From IMG/VR virus record IMGVR_UViG_3300032884_000025, positions 1 to 39,626 of that record: a stretch of DNA of 39,626 nucleotides; one strand, written 5' to 3'. Made by a program: the position numbers and the translations under genes. Within the stretch, counting starts at the first letter, position 1, and every line of letters starts with the position of its first letter. The notes beneath the pieces are model-generated. The model worked only from the letters and a program-made list of their open reading frames with translations. It had not been told where the DNA came from and searched no databases. Below, piece by piece: positions 17,337-26,101 of the stretch. The stretch is from a virus (taxonomy: Duplodnaviria; Caudoviricetes).

Positions 17337-18431
17337 TTATATACAACCACTTGCACATTGTGCAAATGTATTTAATTCTAAGGTTGTTCCTATGTCTCCA
17401 CTTATTACTGTATAACCTGCTGAAGTAAAACTCGAACTAGTATCCGTACAAGAGGAATCAGTTATTAGTCCTGTGCAATATGCATTTGCTTTAATTTGCG
17501 GAGAAAAACAACCTGCACAAGTTACACTTACACTTATTACATCTCCTACATTAACCGAGTATGTACCAAAGTCTGAAGCAGTTCTTGTCACAACGGCTAT
17601 TGAATTTACATATAAAACCATTTCCCCTTCTGCTGACAATTCACTAAAAGACCAATTTAACGGTATAGTAGTTTCTTCATCTCTTATTAATCTTACTGAA
17701 AAACCGTCTTTCTTATTATTGTTGGTACTGTAGGCATAGCCGGAATTGTAATTCAAGAGGCGGCTGAAGGCATCTGTTGTATTGACCTCTGACGTACTCC
17801 AAAAGTAACTAGTTTGGCTAATCTCGTTGAATGTTCCATTGTAGTAGCGATACCCTCCCGGAAGACATGTAAACCCACTAGAATCGGTAGCATCCGTATT
17901 TGGCGTTAACCAATGACATAATCCCGCTTCTTTCATCTTACCACCTGCAACTGAATCTCCTCCTAAATAGTCTGTAAGAGTGGTCAATTCAGCATCTGTT
18001 GGTATATGATAATTTATTGGTGCTAATCCTCTTGGATCGTTAACAGCGTGCCAATTATATAATTTACCATAAGTAGTTCCGTTAGCTGTTATATTATTAT
18101 AATAACACCAAGCTCCCGTTGTTAATGCTGCCCAAGCAGTTGGGTCGGTTACTTCGGGTATCGGGTCTCCATTTCTATATGTTGTTACATCTAAATTACA
18201 GTTAGACCATTGTTGAGTTCCAATTGTTATGTCCGTTCCCGGTACACAATCTGAACAACAAGAAGCACAAGCCTCAGCAGCCAAAAGTATTCCTGAAGAT
18301 TGTTGTCTCACAACTGTTCCATCTCTATAAAATCCATCAGGAGCTATATTAGTTAAAGATGAATCTAAATATACTGATGTAGCAACAGTTAAGTTTGCTG
18401 CGTCTAAAAAGAAAGGTGCATTTATTGCCAT
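17337..18431 (-). CDS. Virion-associated protein with a Fib_succ_major (C-type-lectin-like) domain
   Basis: IGTQQW..NLDVTTYRNGDPIP...YGKLYNWHAV.DPRGLAP..YHIPT..E...GFTCLPGGYR...FWST...GFSVRLIRD is the Fibrobacter succinogenes major paralogous domain pattern; flanked by an N-terminal module and a beta-rich C-terminal domain. Confidence 0.85.
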   Translation of the reverse strand: MAINAPFFLDAANLTVATSVYLDSSLTNIAPDGFYRDGTVVRQQSSGILLAAEACASCCSDCVPGTDITIGTQQWSNCNLDVTTYRNGDPIPEVTDPTAWAALTTGAWCYYNNITANGTTYGKLYNWHAVNDPRGLAPINYHIPTDAELTTLTDYLGGDSVAGGKMKEAGLCHWLTPNTDATDSSGFTCLPGGYRYYNGTFNEISQTSYFWSTSEVNTTDAFSRLLNYNSGYAYSTNNNKKDGFSVRLIRDEETTIPLNWSFSELSAEGEMVLYVNSIAVVTRTASDFGTYSVNVGDVISVSVTCAGCFSPQIKANAYCTGLITDSSCTDTSSSFTSAGYTVISGDIGTTLELNTFAQCASGCI

Positions 18432-18448
18432 ATTTTTTTTAAATTAAA

Positions 18449-21400
18449 TTAAGGTAAACATTCACACTCGTAAAATATAATACTTACACCTGTAGAATTT
18501 GAATAAGGAGCACCTATAGAACAAATCAAAGCATCTCCACTATTTGGTGGAGAAGTAATACTTTCAAGGAATCCATTTTCATTATAAAAATAAATAATAA
18601 CCGAAAAATCATTATTATTCGCTATTACATATCCATTATAAGGAGTGGTACAGGTTTGGCTACAATTACAACATACATCAACAGAGCTTGTTCCAAAACA
18701 CAAAGATACTTCAACTGCACAAGGTGCGCAAGTTTGTTGAGGTAATAATACACCATTTACTAATTCTCTTACTATTCCTCCTAATGAATAGAAACCATTA
18801 GCAGCAAAAGTACTTAGACTATCGCTACTCCAAACAGATGTAGCTACATTGAAAGCTGCATCTAAGTAATAAGTTCCACCTACACAATTACAACAAGAAT
18901 TAACTCTTGTAGTTCCAAAACACAATTCAGTTTCTATAGCACTTCTAAAATCCCATATTAAATATAAATAAGAACCTCCTGCAGGAACTATAAAGTCTGC
19001 ATAATAAGTAGGTGCTGCACCCAATATAGGAGTTACTAAAGTAGAACCTGAAACTAATGTTTGAATACCTAAGTTTGTATTAGGATAAAGAGTATTACCT
19101 CTTCTATATCTAAATTTATTATAAGTTGGATTAAATACAAAATCATCAGGGACAATAGCATTTGATAAAAGTCTCATATCACTAAGATCAGGAGGAAATC
19201 CTCCTGTTCCAACAAATCCTGTAGTAATATTATATCTCGATACCACAGGTGAAGTGCTGTCATTTATAAATTGTACTAAATTAGATAAAAGTGGTCCAAC
19301 AAATGTTCCATTAGTATATCTATACTCAGTATGAATAGTACTACCCGCTTCTGAGTTATTAGTTAAAACTACTTCGACAATATTTAATTCTTGAGCATTA
19401 CAACAATCTCCAATTACAGATACAACCATATCTCCTGTATATGTAAGTGTTATCTCTACAGTTTCAACTGACACATTATTTTTATTAAATGTGATTTGAC
19501 CATCTGTACTTACCGGACCTGAGCTTACTGTTGTTCCGTCGTATGTAGCACTTACATTAAGTGTTTTACCTATCTCTATATCTGTAAATGCCCAAATAAC
19601 ATTACTAAATCCAACAGTAGGACCTAAATCAACACAATATGTTTGTGATTTTGATACCTCACTACCTACAGATAAAGTAAATGTTTGAGATGTTCCACAA
19701 GGTAAGCATTGAGGGTTAATAGGTAATTCTCTATCGTTCATAGATAATACATACTCATTCATATAAGGGTCAAATCCGCCAAGTTTTTGATAATTAAATG
19801 AAGCATTAAACTCATCTCTGAACCAAGTTCTCATATTTTGTTCAGATATAGCTACTAATTGCTCATTTTGACTATCTCCTCCTTTTAATTGGATAACAGC
19901 TCCACGTTTTGCGTCTGTAAAAAATCTATCAAATCCCCATTGTACATAACTCTCAGGATTAAAACTAATACCGTACTTCTCAGTACGTGCTATTTGCGTT
20001 CCTAAGACCTCAGGAGAGGCTGTAATTATACCTCCGGCACTTGCATCCGATAATAAGTTTTTCTCTGCTAAAACGTAAGATATTTTATCTTCTTGTAAAG
20101 TAAGAACATCTGTATTTCTACCATCTAATAATTGTATTGCTCCAAACGAAGCTTCACAATGTTTAAAGTTTGATAAACCTGCATTAAACTCATTAAGTTT
20201 ATTAATATTACTCTCTCCGTTATATACACCACTATAAGTGATATCTGAGAATCTATGTGCAGCTTTGTAATCTTGAGCAGCAACTGTTGTTACTCTCTCT
20301 CCAAAATTAAAAGATTTACCAATGAGTGAGTCACGTATTTTATAACTCTCTGCTCCGTTTCCAAAAGCATAACAATTATAAAATCCTGTGTCTATTATAG
20401 CGGGTAATGATGATGTTTGGTTTTGAACATTACCTTCGTGATTACCATTTGCATCAATACCAAATGATAAATTATTTTCAAAGAATACATCAGGTAAGGC
20501 ATCAGATGGTTCAGTTTCCCATATAATAGTATTTAGAGCTCTATAAACTGTAACTCCCATATCTATATAAAATCTTCTTCCATCAGCTCCTAATCCTGAG
20601 CAAGCCCATCCTGTACTAACATTCATCCAAAGTCTATTAGTAACAGTGTCTCTATTAAATTGAAGATACATTGTATTAAAGTTACAACCCGGAGAACCGA
20701 ATCCCGGTACGTACTCAAATGAAGCGCCACCTGCGACTGAAATTGAAGGATTATCTAATGTAGCTGCTATATTATCTCCATTAAACCAATCATACATATT
20801 ATCATAATCTCTTGAAGAAGTAAACTCAGCATCCCATATAGCTATTAAAGGCTCACAACCACTTCCTACGCCTTGTCTGTTACCATTTATATAAATTTTT
20901 ATTCTACTTCCGGCAGGAACTGTATAATCAACATAAGTCCAAGTAGGAAATAATGGATTCGTACCTTCAATATTCATAGGATATTCACCTTCAGGACAGT
21001 TTCTATCTCCAACACCTGCAAAAACAAGAGGGTAACGAAAACCCGGAGATATAATTGCAAGTGGGTCAACTACAATATTAAATGAATTTGGATTCATTTT
21101 CATATAAAGACCTGCAAGTGCTACTACACCCTCCTTTGGAATAATAAAATCAGCAGCTTGAGCTTTTTTCTCAAGAACTGTGGCATAGGTACAATTTTTA
21201 GTAGGACCCGAAGTATCTGCTTTAACAATTAGTCTATCTCCATCTTCAACTTTTTGCATATTATCTCCTTCAAGAAGAAAATAAACATCATTTGAATCAG
21301 GATCAGTAAAGAATATATTTGAGTATATTGTTTCGTAGTTTTCAGCATCAGGTTTAATTACAAACTTATATCTTTTAGCCCAAGCAGGCGGATGTTGTTC

Positions 21401-23302
21401 AAATGGTATAGTTACCTGAATTGAATTTTTACTTGCAGAAAATCCACAAGGAACAAACTCTGTATTAAAAGGACTTACTAATGCTGTGGTTGAACGATTA
21501 AATTCATCCATATATATAATACCAACTTCATATCCTCTATTACTATGTAAGCTTGAAGGATTTGATACTTCTTGAAAAATAGCGCTTGCAAATGTAAAAT
21601 TATAATATTCATAAACTCTTTGAGTAGGTGTTGTTACAGAATTAACATATTCCATAGCAATAAGTTGTAATCCAATAATAGTACTCGAAGGAGTTGTAAT
21701 TATTTTTATTGGTTGTAATATAGCATTTATACCACTGCCGTATTTTATTAAAGCATCTAAATTATTAGGTAAAAAACAGTTTATTTGATCGGTAAGTGTA
21801 TTGCCATCGCAAGATGTTTGAGCACTCGGAGTTGAACTATATACAGGTTTTATATTTACTGTTGTCCCTATAGCTTGTGTAAACTCAGGACTTGTAGCTA
21901 ATGCATATACAGATGAATAACTTGTTGATAAAGTAAATATAAAATCTAAATCTATAAAATCAGTAGTCTCAATAGGATAAGGAACAGCACCCGTAAAAGC
22001 CGAATGTTTTATCGTCATATTTATAGTTATAGACGAACCCGCTACTAAGCTCATTCCTGCTAAATCAAAAGTTGTTATAGAAGCAGCAATAGTTTGATTA
22101 ACCGCTGTTGGGTCTATATTATAAACACCATTACCTGTAGAATCAGTAAGAGAAGTTTGACCTATAGATTCAGATATTAAAGATGTTGTATATTCAAATT
22201 TAACAGGAGATCCAAATTTATCAATTAAATCATATCCTTCTAAATAATTACCATACATTAATCTATTACCCATAATTGTTTGGGCTTTAGCAAGACGAGG
22301 TACGCTATCGTAAAGTCTTAAAATTTCAGCTTCATTTAAAACTGTAAATATTTTACTATTGTTAAATGAATATTGTTGAATTTGATTATTACCAATCCCT
22401 AAATTTGCTTTATCAAGTTTCTCAATAATTTTAATTATATTCTTATTTGACTCCTTAAATAATAAATCAATACCAACTACAAGAGATCCTCCTGAATTGT
22501 ATTCAATTATTGCAGCATTGCAAGAATTAACCATACCTTCATTTAACATACTATTTTTGCTAAACTCAAAAGGCTGAGGTATAAATGCAGGTTCTGACCA
22601 TTGAGAAGTAGCAGAGTATTCCCCATCAACATATTTGTATCTATATGCAAAACATATAAATCTTGTTTCTAAAAAATTCTCCTGACCACTTGTTATAATA
22701 GGCGTTACACTTGGAGACTGAGTTGGTGGCTTTTTAATAACAAGCAAAGCTTCTTGTGATACTTGGTCAATATTAGCAATAGGATTAGGGTATCTATTTG
22801 TTGTTGGATTTAAATTTATAAACCTTGGAGGGTTATAGTCATCTGTAAAAAATAGTAAATTTTCAATAAGATTTACTCCTGTTATAAGATAAGTAGAATT
22901 AAAATTTAATGTAGTATCTATACCACCACCATTATCTATACTAATAACGTGATACGTTAGTACACTATTTAATACATTACAAGATACAATTAAATCAAGT
23001 TTCCCTGTAGCCCCTACTGAAAAAGTTGGATCGTGAACAAACCAATATATTGTTTCATTAGCACTATCTTCAATAGCACCAATACATCTTGCATTTGGGC
23101 TTAAAAGAGTACCATCAATATATCTTAATTCGGGAGCAGCTAAATCATTGCCTTTAGTATTAGTAATAACTCCTACTTCAGATTTTTCAGTAGAACCCAT
23201 CCTAACATTCATAGCATCAACATACTCACTCTCAGGAAGAAGTCGTTGGTCAACAACTTTATTCATTCTACCTGATAAAAAATTTCTTGTGAAATTACCC
23301 AT
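18449..23302 (-). CDS. Tail nozzle / stabilisation protein (N-terminal main part) with a Cys-rich C-terminal extension
   Basis: F..GRMNK..D.RL.P..EY.DA.NVR, LFFTDDYNPPR, FAYRYKY.DGEYS, AKAQTIMGNRLMYGNY, YGISFNPES, FFTDAKRGAV and LGGFDPY match beta-propeller nozzle proteins of Bacteroidota podoviruses. Confidence 0.8.
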   Translation of the reverse strand: MGNFTRNFLSGRMNKVVDQRLLPESEYVDAMNVRMGSTEKSEVGVITNTKGNDLAAPELRYIDGTLLSPNARCIGAIEDSANETIYWFVHDPTFSVGATGKLDLIVSCNVLNSVLTYHVISIDNGGGIDTTLNFNSTYLITGVNLIENLLFFTDDYNPPRFINLNPTTNRYPNPIANIDQVSQEALLVIKKPPTQSPSVTPIITSGQENFLETRFICFAYRYKYVDGEYSATSQWSEPAFIPQPFEFSKNSMLNEGMVNSCNAAIIEYNSGGSLVVGIDLLFKESNKNIIKIIEKLDKANLGIGNNQIQQYSFNNSKIFTVLNEAEILRLYDSVPRLAKAQTIMGNRLMYGNYLEGYDLIDKFGSPVKFEYTTSLISESIGQTSLTDSTGNGVYNIDPTAVNQTIAASITTFDLAGMSLVAGSSITINMTIKHSAFTGAVPYPIETTDFIDLDFIFTLSTSYSSVYALATSPEFTQAIGTTVNIKPVYSSTPSAQTSCDGNTLTDQINCFLPNNLDALIKYGSGINAILQPIKIITTPSSTIIGLQLIAMEYVNSVTTPTQRVYEYYNFTFASAIFQEVSNPSSLHSNRGYEVGIIYMDEFNRSTTALVSPFNTEFVPCGFSASKNSIQVTIPFEQHPPAWAKRYKFVIKPDAENYETIYSNIFFTDPDSNDVYFLLEGDNMQKVEDGDRLIVKADTSGPTKNCTYATVLEKKAQAADFIIPKEGVVALAGLYMKMNPNSFNIVVDPLAIISPGFRYPLVFAGVGDRNCPEGEYPMNIEGTNPLFPTWTYVDYTVPAGSRIKIYINGNRQGVGSGCEPLIAIWDAEFTSSRDYDNMYDWFNGDNIAATLDNPSISVAGGASFEYVPGFGSPGCNFNTMYLQFNRDTVTNRLWMNVSTGWACSGLGADGRRFYIDMGVTVYRALNTIIWETEPSDALPDVFFENNLSFGIDANGNHEGNVQNQTSSLPAIIDTGFYNCYAFGNGAESYKIRDSLIGKSFNFGERVTTVAAQDYKAAHRFSDITYSGVYNGESNINKLNEFNAGLSNFKHCEASFGAIQLLDGRNTDVLTLQEDKISYVLAEKNLLSDASAGGIITASPEVLGTQIARTEKYGISFNPESYVQWGFDRFFTDAKRGAVIQLKGGDSQNEQLVAISEQNMRTWFRDEFNASFNYQKLGGFDPYMNEYVLSMNDRELPINPQCLPCGTSQTFTLSVGSEVSKSQTYCVDLGPTVGFSNVIWAFTDIEIGKTLNVSATYDGTTVSSGPVSTDGQITFNKNNVSVETVEITLTYTGDMVVSVIGDCCNAQELNIVEVVLTNNSEAGSTIHTEYRYTNGTFVGPLLSNLVQFINDSTSPVVSRYNITTGFVGTGGFPPDLSDMRLLSNAIVPDDFVFNPTYNKFRYRRGNTLYPNTNLGIQTLVSGSTLVTPILGAAPTYYADFIVPAGGSYLYLIWDFRSAIETELCFGTTRVNSCCNCVGGTYYLDAAFNVATSVWSSDSLSTFAANGFYSLGGIVRELVNGVLLPQQTCAPCAVEVSLCFGTSSVDVCCNCSQTCTTPYNGYVIANNNDFSVIIYFYNENGFLESITSPPNSGDALICSIGAPYSNSTGVSIIFYECECLP

Positions 23303-23303
23303 A

Positions 23304-24227
23304 TTATTTTATTATCTTGTCCATTCCTCTTAAATTCATTAAGAGTCTTCCCGGATGAATATTACTGATTCTTATTTTTGCATTTCTTAACAATGCAGTT
23401 CTATCTTTTTTTGCTCTTGCTACTATATATTCTTGAACACCAAATTTAGAATTTAATATCTCATATTTAATAGCTGCATATATATATTGTTCAAATAATT
23501 TATTAACAGTAATTAATGAATTATCTCCTCCTTCCATACCATCAGATACATACTCAAGAATACATAATTCACCTGCCATACTTGAATCAAAATTTATAAC
23601 CCCTGCCTTTTTATCTATTTTAAAAGTAGGATTAAAATTAGCTGTCTCAGTATTTAGTCCAAATGCTGTACCAATACTATAGTCAAAATACCACATCCCT
23701 TCAAAGTTCCAACCCATTTGACCGTGAAATTGATTTCCTTGATTTAAGTAAATACTTTTTTTACTTTTTGTAAGTCTATCGTAATCAATATCTGAGTATT
23801 GAGGTCTTAAAATATTACCATTTTGGTCAAATAAAATATTCCCTTGTTGGTCCTGTAAGTAAGCATTAGAAGATAAAACTTGTATATTTTCAGTTAATGG
23901 TCTTAATAAACCATTTTTATATAAAGAAATACGAACCCAATTAACGTAATCAGAAGGAAGTACATATCTTAATGAATCAGCAACACTTAACTCTAATACT
24001 TTAATTTCTTTAAATGCATCATAATTAAGTTCTTGTATAGCTCTTTTTGCGTGAAATATAACTTTATACCTTTCCTCATTATTTACCAATGAATGGTTTC
24101 CTGCGTACATCAATAAGAAATTATTAACTACATCATCTAAGCTGACATATTGATAAGAACCCCAATTTGCATCTTGAGGTGTACCACCATTATTGTCATA
24201 ATATTCATATTGAGATAAATACGCCAT
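23304..24227 (-). CDS. Putative neck / tail tubular (ring) protein
   Basis: Between head genes and nozzle; LPSDYVNWVRIS and LEYVSDG motifs as in adaptor/ring proteins. Confidence 0.6.
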   Translation of the reverse strand: MAYLSQYEYYDNNGGTPQDANWGSYQYVSLDDVVNNFLLMYAGNHSLVNNEERYKVIFHAKRAIQELNYDAFKEIKVLELSVADSLRYVLPSDYVNWVRISLYKNGLLRPLTENIQVLSSNAYLQDQQGNILFDQNGNILRPQYSDIDYDRLTKSKKSIYLNQGNQFHGQMGWNFEGMWYFDYSIGTAFGLNTETANFNPTFKIDKKAGVINFDSSMAGELCILEYVSDGMEGGDNSLITVNKLFEQYIYAAIKYEILNSKFGVQEYIVARAKKDRTALLRNAKIRISNIHPGRLLMNLRGMDKIIK

Positions 24228-24239
24228 TTATTTTTATTT

Positions 24240-25175
24240 TTATTGTTGATTTATTTGTTGTTCTTGAATTAAACCAAATTGAGCAACTTCATTTTCACGA
24301 ATTGAAATACCACAATATTGAAGTATCTTCATTGCTAATACATAATTATCTGAATAAGGAAGTTCAAAGTCTTGATAATCGGGTTGTGATTGGTCAAAAG
24401 CCGGTTCTCCACTTATCAAAGTAATATATGTCCATTTTGGAGTTTTAGGGTATCTAAAATAAACACATTCAACTTTTCCTTTAGCATCTATAGTATTTGG
24501 AAATAAAACAATCAAGTCTCCCTCAAGAGTATATGATGGATAAAATTCAGTTGGACTTGTCAAGCTCGATGCGTTTAGCATTGTTATTTTTCCAACACTT
24601 ACTTTATCTGCTTCTTTTACTGCTTTTGAATAAATGTTATATGTTTGAGCTGTAGCTAAAAATATATTTGAACTTAATGTCAAAGAAGTATTTGAAGATA
24701 TAATTATAATTGTAGATACAGCACCTGTAGTTTCATTAACAACAACATCTCCTATAGACAAACCATCAGATAAAAATGTTGCAGCAGAATTTACAAGTAG
24801 ATTTGTAGTAACTGTAGTATTTGTTCCTGTTGTCAATTTTTTTGTATGACAAAGCATTTTTAAAATATAATAATCATCATCTCCTGTTGTGGTAAGAGAT
24901 GGTGCTAAGTATCTATTTGAGTCCAAATGTGATAAGTAATTTGTAACTAAAAAACCTTCAATAGTTTCAGCTATAGGACCTTCAATTTCGGCATAATCAC
25001 TTCCGGCTGTACGTGCATTTTCAGCATTTATAGCCTTGTTATAATTTTTGAAGTATTCTTCAAATAACTCCATCTGCGCATTTTCAGCATATAAATTAAA
25101 ATCTGATGGAGAGATATACCCGTAATTATTCTTGTTAAGTATAGATAATACTGTATTTCTAACTTCGTTTATCAT
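24240..25175 (-). CDS. Putative head-tail adaptor / ring protein
   Basis: LNKNNYGYISPSDFNLYA..AQ and YFRYPKTPKW...DFELP resemble crAss-like ring proteins; contains a Thr-rich beta insert. Confidence 0.6.
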   Translation of the reverse strand: MINEVRNTVLSILNKNNYGYISPSDFNLYAENAQMELFEEYFKNYNKAINAENARTAGSDYAEIEGPIAETIEGFLVTNYLSHLDSNRYLAPSLTTTGDDDYYILKMLCHTKKLTTGTNTTVTTNLLVNSAATFLSDGLSIGDVVVNETTGAVSTIIIISSNTSLTLSSNIFLATAQTYNIYSKAVKEADKVSVGKITMLNASSLTSPTEFYPSYTLEGDLIVLFPNTIDAKGKVECVYFRYPKTPKWTYITLISGEPAFDQSQPDYQDFELPYSDNYVLAMKILQYCGISIRENEVAQFGLIQEQQINQQ

Positions 25176-25189
25176 TTTAAATCTTTTTA

Positions 25190-25197
25190 CAAATATA
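25190..25197 (-). promoter_or_regulatory. Bacteroidota sigma70 -7 box (TATATTTG)
   Basis: TAnnTTTG just downstream of the terminator U-tract, 14 nt before the ATG at 25175; TTTA 20 nt upstream is a possible -33 element. Confidence 0.6.
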
Positions 25198-25199
25198 GT

Positions 25200-25229
25200 A
25201 AAAAAAAAGCACAGAAATAAATCTGTGCT
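25200..25229 (-). terminator. Intrinsic terminator
   Basis: Minus strand AGCACAGA-TTTATT-TCTGTGCT followed by a T run (A9 at 25200-25208 on the + strand). Confidence 0.8.
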
Positions 25230-25263
25230 GATTTCCGACCGGGGTCACCCCAATCCCAAAATA

Positions 25264-26007
25264 TTATTGAGGTACGTTTGCCTCTAACATTTTAAGTGCA
25301 TCAATACCTTCATCACTTGATAAGAAGAAACCTGCCATTTCGTAAGGGTCTTCTCCGTAAGGAACTGATAACATTTTCTTTTTATTAGTTGGTGTACTAA
25401 ACCAAACCTCTTTATCATTATTGCGTAATGCTAATAATTTTTCTTCAAAGAATAAACGAACTTTAGCTTGGAACTGTAGTTCAGGGTCATTCAATGTAGC
25501 CAAGAATCCTCTTGGGTCATTTTTAGCAAACACTAATATATCTCTTTTTAATTCTGCTGTAGAAATTGTAGAAGGGTCTTTACCAAACATAACTCTTGTT
25601 AGAGTTTCAATCTGTTCAATTGAAAGTTTTCTTGCTTCAACTAAAGCATCAATTTCAATATCTAAATCCTCTACCTCATCAGCAGCATCTCTTTCATCAT
25701 CTACTTCTACAAATATTCTACCATTTAATGGGTGATAATGTAAGAAAGCTTGTAATGAAGGATTAGTTCTTGGAACAGCTAAAAAACCATCTTCAAACAT
25801 AATTGGTTCAATAATTGCATTTCCATCTTGTTCGTCTTCAAAAGGAGACTTTTGGTTTATTGCGTACCTAAGAGCACGGTTTTCATTCTTTTTTTCATCG
25901 TACCACATTAGTGGGAATCTTGGATGATTTCTTGACGCTAAGCTATATGAAAGCGGATTGCCTATTGTTAATTTATAGACTTTATCTATTGCAGGTGTTG
26001 TTGCCAT
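25264..26007 (-). CDS. Conserved head-module protein downstream of the major capsid gene
   Basis: 247 aa, directly after the MCP; function not recognised. Confidence 0.6.
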   Translation of the reverse strand: MATTPAIDKVYKLTIGNPLSYSLASRNHPRFPLMWYDEKKNENRALRYAINQKSPFEDEQDGNAIIEPIMFEDGFLAVPRTNPSLQAFLHYHPLNGRIFVEVDDERDAADEVEDLDIEIDALVEARKLSIEQIETLTRVMFGKDPSTISTAELKRDILVFAKNDPRGFLATLNDPELQFQAKVRLFFEEKLLALRNNDKEVWFSTPTNKKKMLSVPYGEDPYEMAGFFLSSDEGIDALKMLEANVPQ

Positions 26008-26015
26008 TTTATAAT

Positions 26016-26040
26016 AATTTAATTTAATTTAATTTAATTT
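26016..26040 (-). repeat. (AAATT)5 tandem repeat in a 5' leader
   Basis: aattt x5 on the + strand, 8 nt upstream of the ATG at 26007. Confidence 0.8.
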
Positions 26041-26051
26041 TTTTTTAACTT

Positions 26052-26085
26052 AAAAATATACAAGGGGACAATTTGTCCCCCTGTA
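26052..26085 (-). terminator. Stem-loop / probable terminator after the major capsid gene
   Basis: Perfect GGGGACA-AAT-TGTCCCC stem (26064-26080), extendable by TACAG/TTGTA, then TATTTTT on the minus strand. Confidence 0.65.
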
Positions 26086-26101
26086 ATATTTAAACTGTAT
26101 A

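Noticed and set aside
17337-18431. A complete DGR cassette
   Set aside because: No reverse transcriptase, accessory gene or template repeat is visible in the window; only the target-like signature is reported.
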